Assembly (NCBI GenBank): GCA_021650915.1
Contig: CP091279.1
Span: 2,040,001-2,072,000, forward strand
DNA length: 32,000 nucleotides
DNA from: Candidatus Brocadia sp.
GTDB lineage: Bacteria; Planctomycetota; Brocadiia; Brocadiales; Brocadiaceae
Direction: 5' to 3'
Position 1 is the stretch's first letter. Every line of letters starts with the position of its first letter. Under the pieces are notes generated by a model. The model was not told the origin of the DNA, made no database searches, and saw only the letters and a program-made list of their open reading frames with translations. The position numbers were made by a program, and so were the translations under genes. Positions 8,990-18,144 of this stretch are shown in pieces.

Positions 8990-10669
8990 GTGAAACAACT
9001 GAAAACCCCTGACGATCTCTCAAAATATAAAAAGTCTCTCGAAGCGAAACACCGGCCTGACACGACACGGATATTCATTTGCTCGACCGGTTGCAGGGCG
9101 CTTGGCGCCGAGGAGGTATGCAAGGCGTTCAAGAATGAAATTGCAAAACAATCTCTTGCCGACAAGATAGAAATTGTAGAAACCGGCTGCCAGGGACTCT
9201 GTACCAGGGCACCCGTATTGACCATCGAACCGTTAGGAATTTTCTATGGCAGGGTTACAGAAACGGATGTGCCTGAAATTATTTCACGCACAATACAAAA
9301 AGGCGAGATCATCGACCGCCTCTGTTACTCTGAGGCAGGAAAACGCATCCCCCACGTTCGGGACATCCCCTTTTACAGCAAACAAAAAAAGATCGTGTTA
9401 AAGAATTGTGGCAGCATCGACCCCCAGAACATCGATGAATATATTTTGAGGGACGGCTATGCCGCCTTCGCAAAGGTGCTGCGTGGTATGACACCGGACA
9501 AGGTCATTGATGAAATAAAAAATTCAGGCCTGCGCGGCAGGGGTGGGGCCGGATATCCCACGGGACTGAAGTGGGAATCGGTGCGAAAGGCTCATGGCGA
9601 CGTAAAATACGTGGTCTGCAATGGAGACGAAGGCGATCCGGGTGCGTTTATGGACAGGGCAGTTCTTGAAGGCGACCCCCACACCGTTATCGAAGGGATG
9701 CTCATAGGCGCATACGCGATTGGCGCGCAAAAAGGATTTGTTTATGTGCGCGCGGAATATCCCATTGCCGTGGAGCACTTAAAAATTGCCATAGAGCAGG
9801 CAAGGACGCTGGGACTCCTTGGAAATAATATTCTTGGGACGCCCTTCTGTTTTGATCTGGAGATCAAGATGGGCGCCGGTGCCTTCGTTTGCGGAGAGGA
9901 AACAGCCCTGATTGCTTCTATTGAAGGAAAACGGGGCATGCCCCGTCCACGCCCACCCTACCCTGCCACCAGCGGCATCTGGGGAAAACCCACGAATATT
10001 AACAATGTTGAGACCTTTGCAAATGTGCCGGTTATCTTCCTCAATGGTTCCGGATGGTATAAGGCCATTGGCACAGAAAGCAGTAAAGGCACAAAAATAT
10101 TCGCCCTGGCAGGCAATGTGAAAAATACCGGCCTTGTCGAAGTCCCCATGGGAACCACGCTCCGTGAGATCGTCTTTGATATCGGCGGGGGCATTCCTGG
10201 CAGGAAACAATTTAAAGCTGCTCAGATGGGCGGCCCTTCCGGGGGATGTGTTCCTGCCCAACACCTTGACCTCCCTATCGACTACGAAACGGTAAAAGAA
10301 GTGGGGGCAATTATGGGATCAGGAGGACTTATTGTCATGGACGACTCCACTTCCATGGTGGAAATTGCCCGTTATTTTATGGAATTTTGCCAGGACGAAT
10401 CCTGCGGAAAGTGTGTGCCCTGCAGGATAGGAACCAGGAGGATGCTTGATATCCTGACGCGAATTACCAAAGGGGAAGGCAAACAGGAAGATATCGGCCT
10501 CTTAAAGGAATTGGCGGAAGTCACGAAAACAGCCTCTTTGTGCGGACTGGGACAAACTGCTGCAAACCCGGTGCTCTCTACTATTCATTATTTCGCGAAT
10601 GAATATGAAGACGCCATTCACAAAAAGGCCGCACAAACATCTCAGCCCAATCCTTCATCACCAGCATAG
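8990..10669 (+). CDS. NuoF/HoxF-like FMN- and NAD-binding subunit (formate dehydrogenase beta) with N-terminal 2Fe-2S domain
   Basis: GTG start with AAGGAG upstream. Motifs: GLRGRGGAGYPTGLKW (FMN), CNGDEGDPGAF (NADH), and ESCGKCVPCRIGT...CGLGQ (4Fe-4S). An extra N-terminal thioredoxin-like domain is present (CSTGCRALG...ETGCQGLCTRAP). There is no C-terminal ferredoxin extension. Confidence 0.9.
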   Translation: MKQLKTPDDLSKYKKSLEAKHRPDTTRIFICSTGCRALGAEEVCKAFKNEIAKQSLADKIEIVETGCQGLCTRAPVLTIEPLGIFYGRVTETDVPEIISRTIQKGEIIDRLCYSEAGKRIPHVRDIPFYSKQKKIVLKNCGSIDPQNIDEYILRDGYAAFAKVLRGMTPDKVIDEIKNSGLRGRGGAGYPTGLKWESVRKAHGDVKYVVCNGDEGDPGAFMDRAVLEGDPHTVIEGMLIGAYAIGAQKGFVYVRAEYPIAVEHLKIAIEQARTLGLLGNNILGTPFCFDLEIKMGAGAFVCGEETALIASIEGKRGMPRPRPPYPATSGIWGKPTNINNVETFANVPVIFLNGSGWYKAIGTESSKGTKIFALAGNVKNTGLVEVPMGTTLREIVFDIGGGIPGRKQFKAAQMGGPSGGCVPAQHLDLPIDYETVKEVGAIMGSGGLIVMDDSTSMVEIARYFMEFCQDESCGKCVPCRIGTRRMLDILTRITKGEGKQEDIGLLKELAEVTKTASLCGLGQTAANPVLSTIHYFANEYEDAIHKKAAQTSQPNPSSPA

Positions 10670-10823
10670 CGCAGCAACGCTGCAATCAATTGACCACCTC
10701 TCATTCCCCTCCTTTTTACAAGTGCAAGGAGGGGACAACGGGGAGGTAAAGGATAAAACCCTTCCTATTTCCCTTTCGCAAAAAGGGGACTTCGTCTTGA
10801 ACTCCCAGCAGAACGCCGCAGGG

Positions 10824-10954
10824 GCAACAAAATCTTGTTAAAAAAGAATTTTACACGGGAAATAATCATGAGCAGCGTAGGGGCGGGTTTCAAACCTGTC
10901 CCTACAAGACAACAGCATTTACACAGAGGGTTTTTCAAAAAACTAACTTGTTGC
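10824..10954. repeat. degenerate copy of the GTAACAATT-type palindromic element with REP-like hairpin
   Basis: The right end tttttcaaaaaactaacttgttgc (10931-10954) resembles the 29241-29264 terminus. The left end gcaacaa (10824-10830) is degenerate. The central hairpin is GTAGGGGCGGGTTT-c-AAACCTGTCCCTAC (10877-10905). Confidence 0.45.
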
Positions 10955-10972
10955 AGGTGTGAAATATTTTGC

Positions 10973-12905
10973 GCTAACCCGACTTTCGCAATTCGAGGGG
11001 TATACAACCCGCTGAGCCAGGAAAATCAAGGGGTCATGTAAAAAGGTCGGCACTACAGGCCGACCTGTCCGGATGCGTAAACCTTGGGCGGCGGTTGTTC
11101 AGGAAGCGCCAATCCCAACTGTGCCAAAAGGAGGGCAACATCCTTCTCCGGCTGGGTATAACGGCTCATGACAATATGACGGCCATCCGTAGTCGGTAAA
11201 TGAACGTCTATCATTTGAATGCACGACAGTTTTTCCAAAATCGCTTCAGACGTCAGCCCTCCGGCCCTCCCCCGCGCAAGATTGCGCAGTGTCGTGTGGA
11301 GACAAAAAGCCAAAAAGGAAACAAAGATATGGGCTTCAATTCTCCGTTCCAATTGATGCCATAGGGGGCGGACGGAAAGAGACCCCTTCAAGTCCTTAAA
11401 TGCCTGTTCAATCCGCGTCAACAGCAAATAATTTTCCCAGACGGTTTCTGGCGCGGCGACCTGCATGTTGGAACGAAGCAAATAACGCCCCTCGCGCCGA
11501 TACGCCTGCCTCAGGCGTTCCCGATCCAAACTGAACCGGAACGTATTCTCATTGACCGGTTCCTGCGGTTTGGGAATGGAGATCGTGACCAGTCTGTAGT
11601 CTCGTCCGGCTTCTTTCTTTAACGCGCCAATATGCATGAGCAGGTCATCGCGCGTGAGGGCTTTTCGATTGCGAAGTTCGCGCAGACCCATCCACAAACG
11701 TCTGAGTCTGCGCCTACGCATGGCACGCTCCTTAGACACCCGGTCATGGCTTTCCACGTAAACGTAAAACTCCGATTCCTGCCGAAGAACTTTCACGCGG
11801 ACGCTCTCCCTCGCCCGCATCCAGGTTTGTTCGAGTAGCGGTTTTTCTACTCTCGTCAAATGCCCCTTCGGAGTCCCAACCAAATAATCAATCCCGCGCT
11901 CACGCATCTTTTCCAACATCTCCTCCGTTGGAATACCGCGATCCATAAGCCAGGTGCGCCGGAATTTCCCATACCGCTTTTCAATCCGATCCAGAAATTC
12001 CTCCGGCGTTGCGGTGTCTCTGGTATTGCCCGGATACACTTCGTAGGCCACGGGAAATCCTTCCGGCGTTAACACCAACGCCACTACCACCTGCACGCAA
12101 TCCGAACGTTTGTCCCGGCTATATCCAAACCGTTTCTTACTCCCCGATCCAGTCGGAGGTGGGTCACTTTCAAAATACGTACTCGTCAAATCATACAGCA
12201 GTACATCGTACTTCGCCCCAAAGAGCTTGCCCCACTTCTCCTTTAAATAGGCAAACAGCTCGTCCCGATGCTCAAGCAACAAATCCAAACAACGATACGC
12301 CTTGTCCTTCTGCGCCAGGGAATAATCCTCTCCCAGCAGATCGCCTATTGCGCTGCGCACGTACCACTCACGGTGAAAACGAAATTCGCTTCCCGGATCG
12401 ATCAACCGGTAACAGACAAGCGCCTTCAGCATATTCAACCAGCTTGCTCCCCACTCCCGTGGATGGCGCAGCTCTATTTTGTCCAACCTCACCCGAACTG
12501 TCTCACCATCCGGTATCGGCATGGCTTCCCGGTCATCCGGAAACAATGCCAGTTGTCTTGGTTTCGGTTCTTTACCCGACACCGCCTCTATCGTCCGAAT
12601 CCACCCAGCCCGTTGATTGTCATTGAGTTCTCCCAAATAGAGAACCTGCCGCTGCACCACCCTTCTTCCGGTAACCCGGCGGTTCTCTACCACACTCCAA
12701 TACCGGTGGGTTTTCCCATCCTTCGTTCGTGTCTTTTCCCGGAGAAACATGCGAGCATTTTCGCACTTCCTCCTGCATGCGTCAAGAGGGTAGGTCGGCA
12801 CTACAAGCCGTTTTTAAAATTCACCCCTTGAATATCACGGGTTTCCTGGCGACTCTTGCCCAAAAATAAACTTTTTTGGGCGCGAATTGCGAAAGTCGGG
12901 CTAAC
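10973..12905 (-). mobile_element. IS4/IS1634-type insertion sequence (about 1.93 kb, apparently intact)
   Basis: Terminal inverted repeats share an 18-bp identical core CCCGACTTTCGCAATTCG (10978-10995, inverted at 12883-12900) with a partly matching extension. Subterminal inverted similarity is also present (gccaggaaa...caaggggt...taaaaa). A single long transposase ORF lies inside. No clear target-site duplication was seen. Confidence 0.85.
11053..12750 (-). CDS. DDE transposase, IS4/IS1634 type
   Basis: 565 aa from the ATG at 12750. The N-terminus MFLREKTRTKDGKTHRYWSVVENRRV...VLYLGELN is the characteristic start of this transposase group. The track ORF begins 17 codons earlier at a GTG. Confidence 0.9.
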   Translation of the reverse strand: MFLREKTRTKDGKTHRYWSVVENRRVTGRRVVQRQVLYLGELNDNQRAGWIRTIEAVSGKEPKPRQLALFPDDREAMPIPDGETVRVRLDKIELRHPREWGASWLNMLKALVCYRLIDPGSEFRFHREWYVRSAIGDLLGEDYSLAQKDKAYRCLDLLLEHRDELFAYLKEKWGKLFGAKYDVLLYDLTSTYFESDPPPTGSGSKKRFGYSRDKRSDCVQVVVALVLTPEGFPVAYEVYPGNTRDTATPEEFLDRIEKRYGKFRRTWLMDRGIPTEEMLEKMRERGIDYLVGTPKGHLTRVEKPLLEQTWMRARESVRVKVLRQESEFYVYVESHDRVSKERAMRRRRLRRLWMGLRELRNRKALTRDDLLMHIGALKKEAGRDYRLVTISIPKPQEPVNENTFRFSLDRERLRQAYRREGRYLLRSNMQVAAPETVWENYLLLTRIEQAFKDLKGSLSVRPLWHQLERRIEAHIFVSFLAFCLHTTLRNLARGRAGGLTSEAILEKLSCIQMIDVHLPTTDGRHIVMSRYTQPEKDVALLLAQLGLALPEQPPPKVYASGQVGL

Positions 12906-13087
12906 ACCGTGCACGGATTTCCGGTTTCCGATGCCTTGAAAAAGACAAAAGGTATTGTGGGAATTGCATGAAAGTAGTATAATTACTTTATTATTGCGAT
13001 AGGAGAGCGACGAGGCTCGTCGCTCCACAGATAAAAGACAACCCAAATATTCGGGATTAACCGTATTGGCTCGTAAAAGTGTCTATT

Positions 13088-13726
13088 ATGAGAATTATAT
13101 CCATTACTGGCACGGCAAGCGGCGTGGGTAAGACAGCAGTTGTGCGGTTTTTACTAAAAAATCTTGAGGATTTTTCGGCCTTAAAAATCACGACAAAGCA
13201 CGAAGGCAACTGCCCCAGGCACTCTGACTGCGATGTGTGTGAGACCATGCAACGTCCATACACGATCACAACGAACCCGCTTCAGATCAACCAATCGGGC
13301 AAAGACACCGCCTTGTTCAAAAGCGCCGGCGCCAGAAAGGTCGTCTGGCTTCAAACCCATTCAAAACACCTGAAAAGGGGTATTGAAGAGGCTTTATCCC
13401 ATTTCAGCAAAAATGATTCAATCCTTATAGAAGGTAATAGCTTCCTGCACGTGCATGATGCCGATATCAGCATCCTTGTCGCCACCCCCAGAGAGACAAA
13501 GATCAAACGTTCGACACGACAAATTGTCTCTAAAATTGATCTGGCAATCATTAATGTCTATGCCGATGACAGTCCCGACGATATTACAAAAACGCGGGAG
13601 AGGTTACACCAAATTGGTTGCTATGCACCGGTACATATTATTAATCCGCTTCAGGATAATTACACTCCAAACAAAGTTTTTCTCACCCACATGAAAGAAA
13701 TGATTGGACAGCCCGTTCAATCATAA
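13088..13726 (+). CDS. MobB-like P-loop NTPase (molybdopterin-guanine dinucleotide biosynthesis adapter-like), tentative
   Basis: Walker A GTASGVGKT directly after the start. SGKDTALFKSAGARKVV resembles the MobB GKDS..R.AGA block, and ILIEGNSF resembles MobB LVEGFK. An extra Cys motif CPRHSDCDVC is atypical for MobB. Confidence 0.5.
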   Translation: MRIISITGTASGVGKTAVVRFLLKNLEDFSALKITTKHEGNCPRHSDCDVCETMQRPYTITTNPLQINQSGKDTALFKSAGARKVVWLQTHSKHLKRGIEEALSHFSKNDSILIEGNSFLHVHDADISILVATPRETKIKRSTRQIVSKIDLAIINVYADDSPDDITKTRERLHQIGCYAPVHIINPLQDNYTPNKVFLTHMKEMIGQPVQS

Positions 13727-13961
13727 CGAGACGTGATGGTTTTGTCTGTTCATCAGTACGGTGCGCAGTGTTTTTCCTTGCCTGCTTAATTCGTAAGATC
13801 ACCACAAATCGGATGCGGCATCCTCTGTTTTCGTATCTCCCCAGCAAAAGGAATCGTCCGGAAACCCGTGCCTATCGGTGCTCGCCTGTGTCCAATTTCA
13901 ATTTTTTTAGCCGAAAATAGTGATCCGGCGGCCATGAGAAAAATGGATCATTCAGCAGCAA

Positions 13962-14993
13962 TTACCGGTTATGGCAAACGGTGCACGCAATTCCCATCGG
14001 TTTGGGGTGTGGCGGTTCGCCAGCCTTGCTAGGCGGATGACATGCCGAGCAGCTCATATTATTAAAGGGTGGGTGCGGAGAATCCATTGCAGAAGGATGT
14101 ATTGGAGTAGGATGACATACCCTGCAATTGACCATCGATATCGGGAAATGACAATTGAGACAATGGCGATTTCTGGTGTTTACACCGCCCCATGAGGCAT
14201 TATGGCTTAACGGCGTAGTGCTCTCATGGCATCGTACACAAAAATCCTCCTGATGGCATACGCTGCATTTCTTCCGTTCCCATGACGCTGCAAACCCATG
14301 GGTCTTTCGGCGCCAGGAATTCGTGTGATTTCTGGGTTTTTGATCCTGATGACAGTCGATACACCAGGAATTATCGTTATGGCATCTCTCGCAGTACTTC
14401 TGATTGTAATAGAACTCATTTCCATGCTTTGCTATCCACCGGGGGTCGTCGTGATTGACCCATCGGTCTTCATGATAGAGTGGCATCCGGTTCTTTTTGA
14501 TGTGTTTGTGACAGACATCGCAGGCAATCTTTTCCTCTCCCCGTTTTTTGTGGCACGGAATGCAAGTGCCATACATATCCGGGATAAGATCAGGAGTGAT
14601 TGCGTCACTTGTTTCAATACCCGCATGGCACTCGTTACACGCTACGTTATTCTCCAAATGGGCCTTGTGGGTAAATTTTAAATCCCGGTATTTTTTAGGA
14701 ATGTCGTGTTTTACCTTTATTTCCGTGCCAGGTTCCGTATGGCACAGCAAACACGATTGAGGATTGCTGGTATCAAAATTTTTCATATGGCAGGTAAGAC
14801 ATGTTGCCATCTTGGGCCATCCCGGTTCAAGATCGGCTTTATAGGCGTGACACATATTACAATCCTTTAAGCCCCGCTCACTATGCCTGCCATGGCTGAA
14901 ATGGATCTCCGACTCTTTGCAACCTCCCAGCATCGTAAGGGCAACGAGAGCAATCGTGGAGATCAGATAACAGAATTTTTTCATCCGAAACAC
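13962..14993 (-). CDS. tetradecaheme cytochrome c lipoprotein
   Basis: 343 aa. Signal peptide with lipobox LTMLGGC. Fourteen CXXCH motifs: CNMCH, CLTCH, CLLCH, CNECH, CIPCH, CDVCH, CERCH, CIDCH, CSVCH, CVRCH, CLNCH, CRVCH, CSACH, CTVCH. GAGG lies 5 nt upstream of the GTG start. Confidence 0.9.
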   Translation of the reverse strand: MFRMKKFCYLISTIALVALTMLGGCKESEIHFSHGRHSERGLKDCNMCHAYKADLEPGWPKMATCLTCHMKNFDTSNPQSCLLCHTEPGTEIKVKHDIPKKYRDLKFTHKAHLENNVACNECHAGIETSDAITPDLIPDMYGTCIPCHKKRGEEKIACDVCHKHIKKNRMPLYHEDRWVNHDDPRWIAKHGNEFYYNQKYCERCHNDNSWCIDCHQDQKPRNHTNSWRRKTHGFAASWERKKCSVCHQEDFCVRCHESTTPLSHNASWGGVNTRNRHCLNCHFPISMVNCRVCHPTPIHPSAMDSPHPPFNNMSCSACHPPSKAGEPPHPKPMGIACTVCHNR

Positions 14994-15047
14994 TGCTACC
15001 TCATATATTCACGCCTGGTAACGTTAAGCGAGTTACCCTGCGCATAA

Positions 15048-16442
15048 TCAAAAATTAACACTGTAAGAAAGCAAGAGTTGGTGAAACGTATCCGGGTCTG
15101 TGTCGCTTATTTCAGACGACCATCGCATTGTTATATCAGACTGTTTCGTTAATAAATATTTAATCCGCAGATAATAGGTGCGAACGTCGATCTTTTGCTC
15201 AATATCCCTTGTATACTCATTATCCATGACCGTCTGCAGATCGTTGCTGCCAACATAATTGTACTTATAGACAGAATAGCTTGTGCCAACACCCACATCA
15301 AGCTTTCCAAATTTTTTATCATAATCAACACCAACATCTACCGTATGGTCAATTCCTTTTACGTTCCAATATTCTATCGTAAAGGATGCCTTCGATTCTT
15401 TGAAAAACAGGTTGTTCACGTCGAAGGAAAGAAACATCCTGTTGTAGTCATGATTAAACGTATCCTCGTCATCCTTGTCTATCACACTCCGGTAATCGAA
15501 ACCGCCGGAGATACCAAACTTTTCACCCAAACCCTTATACCCTGTCACGCTAATAAGTTCAAACGGTTGCAATGTTCCCAGGAGTTCAAAGAAGGGAGAG
15601 ATGTTATTGCTCTCCTCCCCCAAGGAGTGAAGGAACCGGTAATATGATATCTGGATATTTGCGTCCCAGTCAAATTTATCCCAGGATAATTTGACCAGGA
15701 AATCCTTTGACATGGTATTCAGGAGAGTATATCGTCCGTAAAAATTAAAATCATCATGTATTTTTTGCCACAGATTCAGCCCCACCTCGTCATCAATAAA
15801 TTCGTCATCGACAATGCGCACGTAATCCAGGGTTGTGCGTGTATCTACGAAAGGCCGGAAAGCCACTCCGCTTCCTGCCACGGTATCATAATAGGCGCTC
15901 GAATAGTGCGAAACCCTCAGACCGCCGAAGATATAACTTTCAACCGGTCCTATCTGCTGTTCGTATTTTGCCCCATCAAAGAGGATGTTTTCTATAGAAT
16001 ATTGATATTGTCGCCCGATACGGAGACTGGACTTTTCAACAACGGGATCCTTGATATCCGCGTGCAAATAATAAATACGTCCGTTGTATTGATGATCATA
16101 ACTGTCGAGGACATCCCGAAAAGCGCCTGATTCAGGCTCTCTTCCATCAAGATCGGCGGAAATTCTGCCTGAACCCGATAGGGTTATCTTGTCACGAAAA
16201 AATGGTTTTGTCTTAAACCGCAGATAGTCATAGGTGTCGTGGTCATCATCATTGCCGTCTGCCCAACGGCCTTCATATTGGGCCCGAAAATTTCCCGAAA
16301 TAAAATCTTTATAGGTAAAGCCCGACTCACTTACACCCGTTATGATATCGCCCGCGTTGTCAGTCGATGCAAAAAGGATAACAGGAAACAAGAAGTTCCC
16401 CAAGATGAATATTGCTGCGATTGTTGTCAGGGATAAACGCAT
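15048..16442 (-). CDS. outer-membrane beta-barrel (porin-like) protein
   Basis: Signal peptide MRLSLTTIAAIFILGNFLFPVILFAS from the ATG at 16442. The sequence is Asp/Tyr/Gly-rich with alternating-hydrophobicity stretches. The C-terminal LLLSYSVNF ends in Phe, the typical OMP beta-signal. It lies 54 nt upstream of the 14-heme lipoprotein gene. Confidence 0.65.
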   Translation of the reverse strand: MRLSLTTIAAIFILGNFLFPVILFASTDNAGDIITGVSESGFTYKDFISGNFRAQYEGRWADGNDDDHDTYDYLRFKTKPFFRDKITLSGSGRISADLDGREPESGAFRDVLDSYDHQYNGRIYYLHADIKDPVVEKSSLRIGRQYQYSIENILFDGAKYEQQIGPVESYIFGGLRVSHYSSAYYDTVAGSGVAFRPFVDTRTTLDYVRIVDDEFIDDEVGLNLWQKIHDDFNFYGRYTLLNTMSKDFLVKLSWDKFDWDANIQISYYRFLHSLGEESNNISPFFELLGTLQPFELISVTGYKGLGEKFGISGGFDYRSVIDKDDEDTFNHDYNRMFLSFDVNNLFFKESKASFTIEYWNVKGIDHTVDVGVDYDKKFGKLDVGVGTSYSVYKYNYVGSNDLQTVMDNEYTRDIEQKIDVRTYYLRIKYLLTKQSDITMRWSSEISDTDPDTFHQLLLSYSVNF

Positions 16443-16703
16443 TACTGTTTCATTTCGCTTGCATGCGGCATCATTCAGGATTACCTGCAAAAGTTTTCAG
16501 AGAAGACGCAGTTTATAGTTGTTTTGCGGCTGTGCAGATGAAATTGCTCGCGAGATCATCACTACCACTTACTTCATTTCCCGTGGCGTAAGATGTGTGC
16601 TATTACGTTGAATACAAGATATTGATTAGGCCATTGGCGAATCCTCCCCCCGTTTCCTTCAGTAAACCAGGGGAAACAGGGGGGGAAATGCTAAACATCC
16701 GGT

Positions 16704-17357
16704 CTAGTCATGATGCATATCTTCACGATGTATGGTCAGTTTTCCAGCAACCTCCAGCGGGTAATCCTGCCGATTCTGATAGCCACTGTCGAAAGTTGTA
16801 AGCGTAGGCTTTATTTTGAAGCGCACTTTAACGGAATCCTCCATGATGATTGCTTTACAATTCGAGATATATGCGTTAGCAAATTTTAATATTTTACCAC
16901 TATTTGTAATACCTCCACCATCGGATATAGAAAAACATTCATCCAAACCCAGCCCATCCTGCACGGTTTTTCCATGCTTGTTCAAAATCCTTTCCATGAC
17001 GACCGCCATACCATCTTCGCATAGATCCAACGGGAATTTTTCACTTGTTATGCTGTATTCATTTCTCCGGTATCCACTTATTGTTGCAGTTCCAACGTCC
17101 AGGAGGTTGCCACATTCCGATTGCTCCGATACCAACTCAAATTGAAACATCGCCTCATCAAAATTACCGTTGGTTTCGTCATGTCCCCATTGAGTAATGT
17201 CCACCACACCTTTCACCTCTTCCGTTATCTCCTCGTTTAACCCGGATATCGTGATCGTACCATCAAAATGAACCATCTGATGGGCAAATATTTGACATTT
17301 GGAACCAAAAGCAATCACAATCAAAAAAACAAGAACACCCGTAAGGCCTTTCTTCAC
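16704..17357 (-). CDS. secreted protein of unknown function
   Basis: 217 aa. GTG start with AAAGGAG 6 nt upstream. N-terminal signal peptide MKKGLTGVLVFLIVIAFGS..FAHQ. No motif recognised. Confidence 0.6.
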   Translation of the reverse strand: MKKGLTGVLVFLIVIAFGSKCQIFAHQMVHFDGTITISGLNEEITEEVKGVVDITQWGHDETNGNFDEAMFQFELVSEQSECGNLLDVGTATISGYRRNEYSITSEKFPLDLCEDGMAVVMERILNKHGKTVQDGLGLDECFSISDGGGITNSGKILKFANAYISNCKAIIMEDSVKVRFKIKPTLTTFDSGYQNRQDYPLEVAGKLTIHREDMHHD

Positions 17358-17564
17358 GTAATTCTCCTTTTGATAATTACAATATATTTAAATTTAAATG
17401 AAGTATGCTGATTGTTACCCTTACTGTTCGACGCCAAAATCAAGTCCGTAAGGTCGAATTGACGAATTCTTCAAAGTTATACCACGAGGTACTGGACGGT
17501 ATTTTTCCGCCCAGTACCCCTTACAAAGAAAAAACCTTTTTACAATTCTCTAAAAGGCGCCATC

Positions 17565-18122
17565 TCATCCCCCCTCATCAAACAGGTTGTAGTCTTCAAT
17601 TTCACCAAAGGAAGTGGAAAAGTCGCCATTTACAGGCGATGGGAATCCATATGAAACCCAAGCCCTTGCCCAGAAAGGCCCTTCCCGGGTATGTTCCGGT
17701 ACGACAAAACTTTCCTTAAATTTACGTACCCGGTTGCCACGAACCTTGTCTTTGAAAGAGTCGACAACCATTTCTCCGGCATCATCCCAATCACCATCGT
17801 GATTCCAGTCAATATATAACCTGAAATATACGCCGTGGGGATAAAATATTTTTTTATCTGTTGTGGTAAGATGCCAGACAACATTGACCTTTCTCCCCAC
17901 ATCCCAATCACCAGGTTTTTTCCTGAACAAGACGCCATCATTTGCAGTGGAATCCTCTCCCAGATATTCATATTGCTGGTTGAAGGTGGCAGCGCTTGGG
18001 TATGGTGAAGGCGCAGAGCCGAAATCCGGCATAGTTTCCCCTTTTACCGCTGACGCAAGAAGCGATGAGAGAAAAAGCAAAGCTCCAACAGACGTAAAAA
18101 ACACTCTTTTCTTTCTAGCCAT
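17565..18122 (-). CDS. secreted GEVED-domain protein
   Basis: 185 aa with AAGGAG upstream and signal peptide MARKKRVFFTSVGALLFLSSLLASA. YIDWNHDGDWDDAGE and the C-terminal FGEIEDY match the GEVED-domain signature (IDWN.DGDF.D.GE ... GEVEDY). Confidence 0.65.
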   Translation of the reverse strand: MARKKRVFFTSVGALLFLSSLLASAVKGETMPDFGSAPSPYPSAATFNQQYEYLGEDSTANDGVLFRKKPGDWDVGRKVNVVWHLTTTDKKIFYPHGVYFRLYIDWNHDGDWDDAGEMVVDSFKDKVRGNRVRKFKESFVVPEHTREGPFWARAWVSYGFPSPVNGDFSTSFGEIEDYNLFDEGG

Positions 18123-18144
18123 AAATATTCTCCTTTTTCAGATG

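Noticed and set aside
12009-12831. 205-aa and 187-aa + strand ORFs inside the IS
   Set aside because: They are Pro/Ser/Thr-rich low-complexity translations antisense to a well-supported transposase gene.
12801-13046. 81-aa minus-strand ORF between the IS and the MobB-like gene
   Set aside because: It spans the IS terminal inverted repeat and a GC hairpin (gagcgacga-ggc-tcgtcgctc). It has no RBS or motif.
16646-16685. Strong G/C hairpin (ccccccgtttcc / ggaaac-a-ggggggg) as a terminator after the 217-aa gene
   Set aside because: The stem is real, but no T-tract follows it on either strand, so terminator function is not supported. It is left unannotated.
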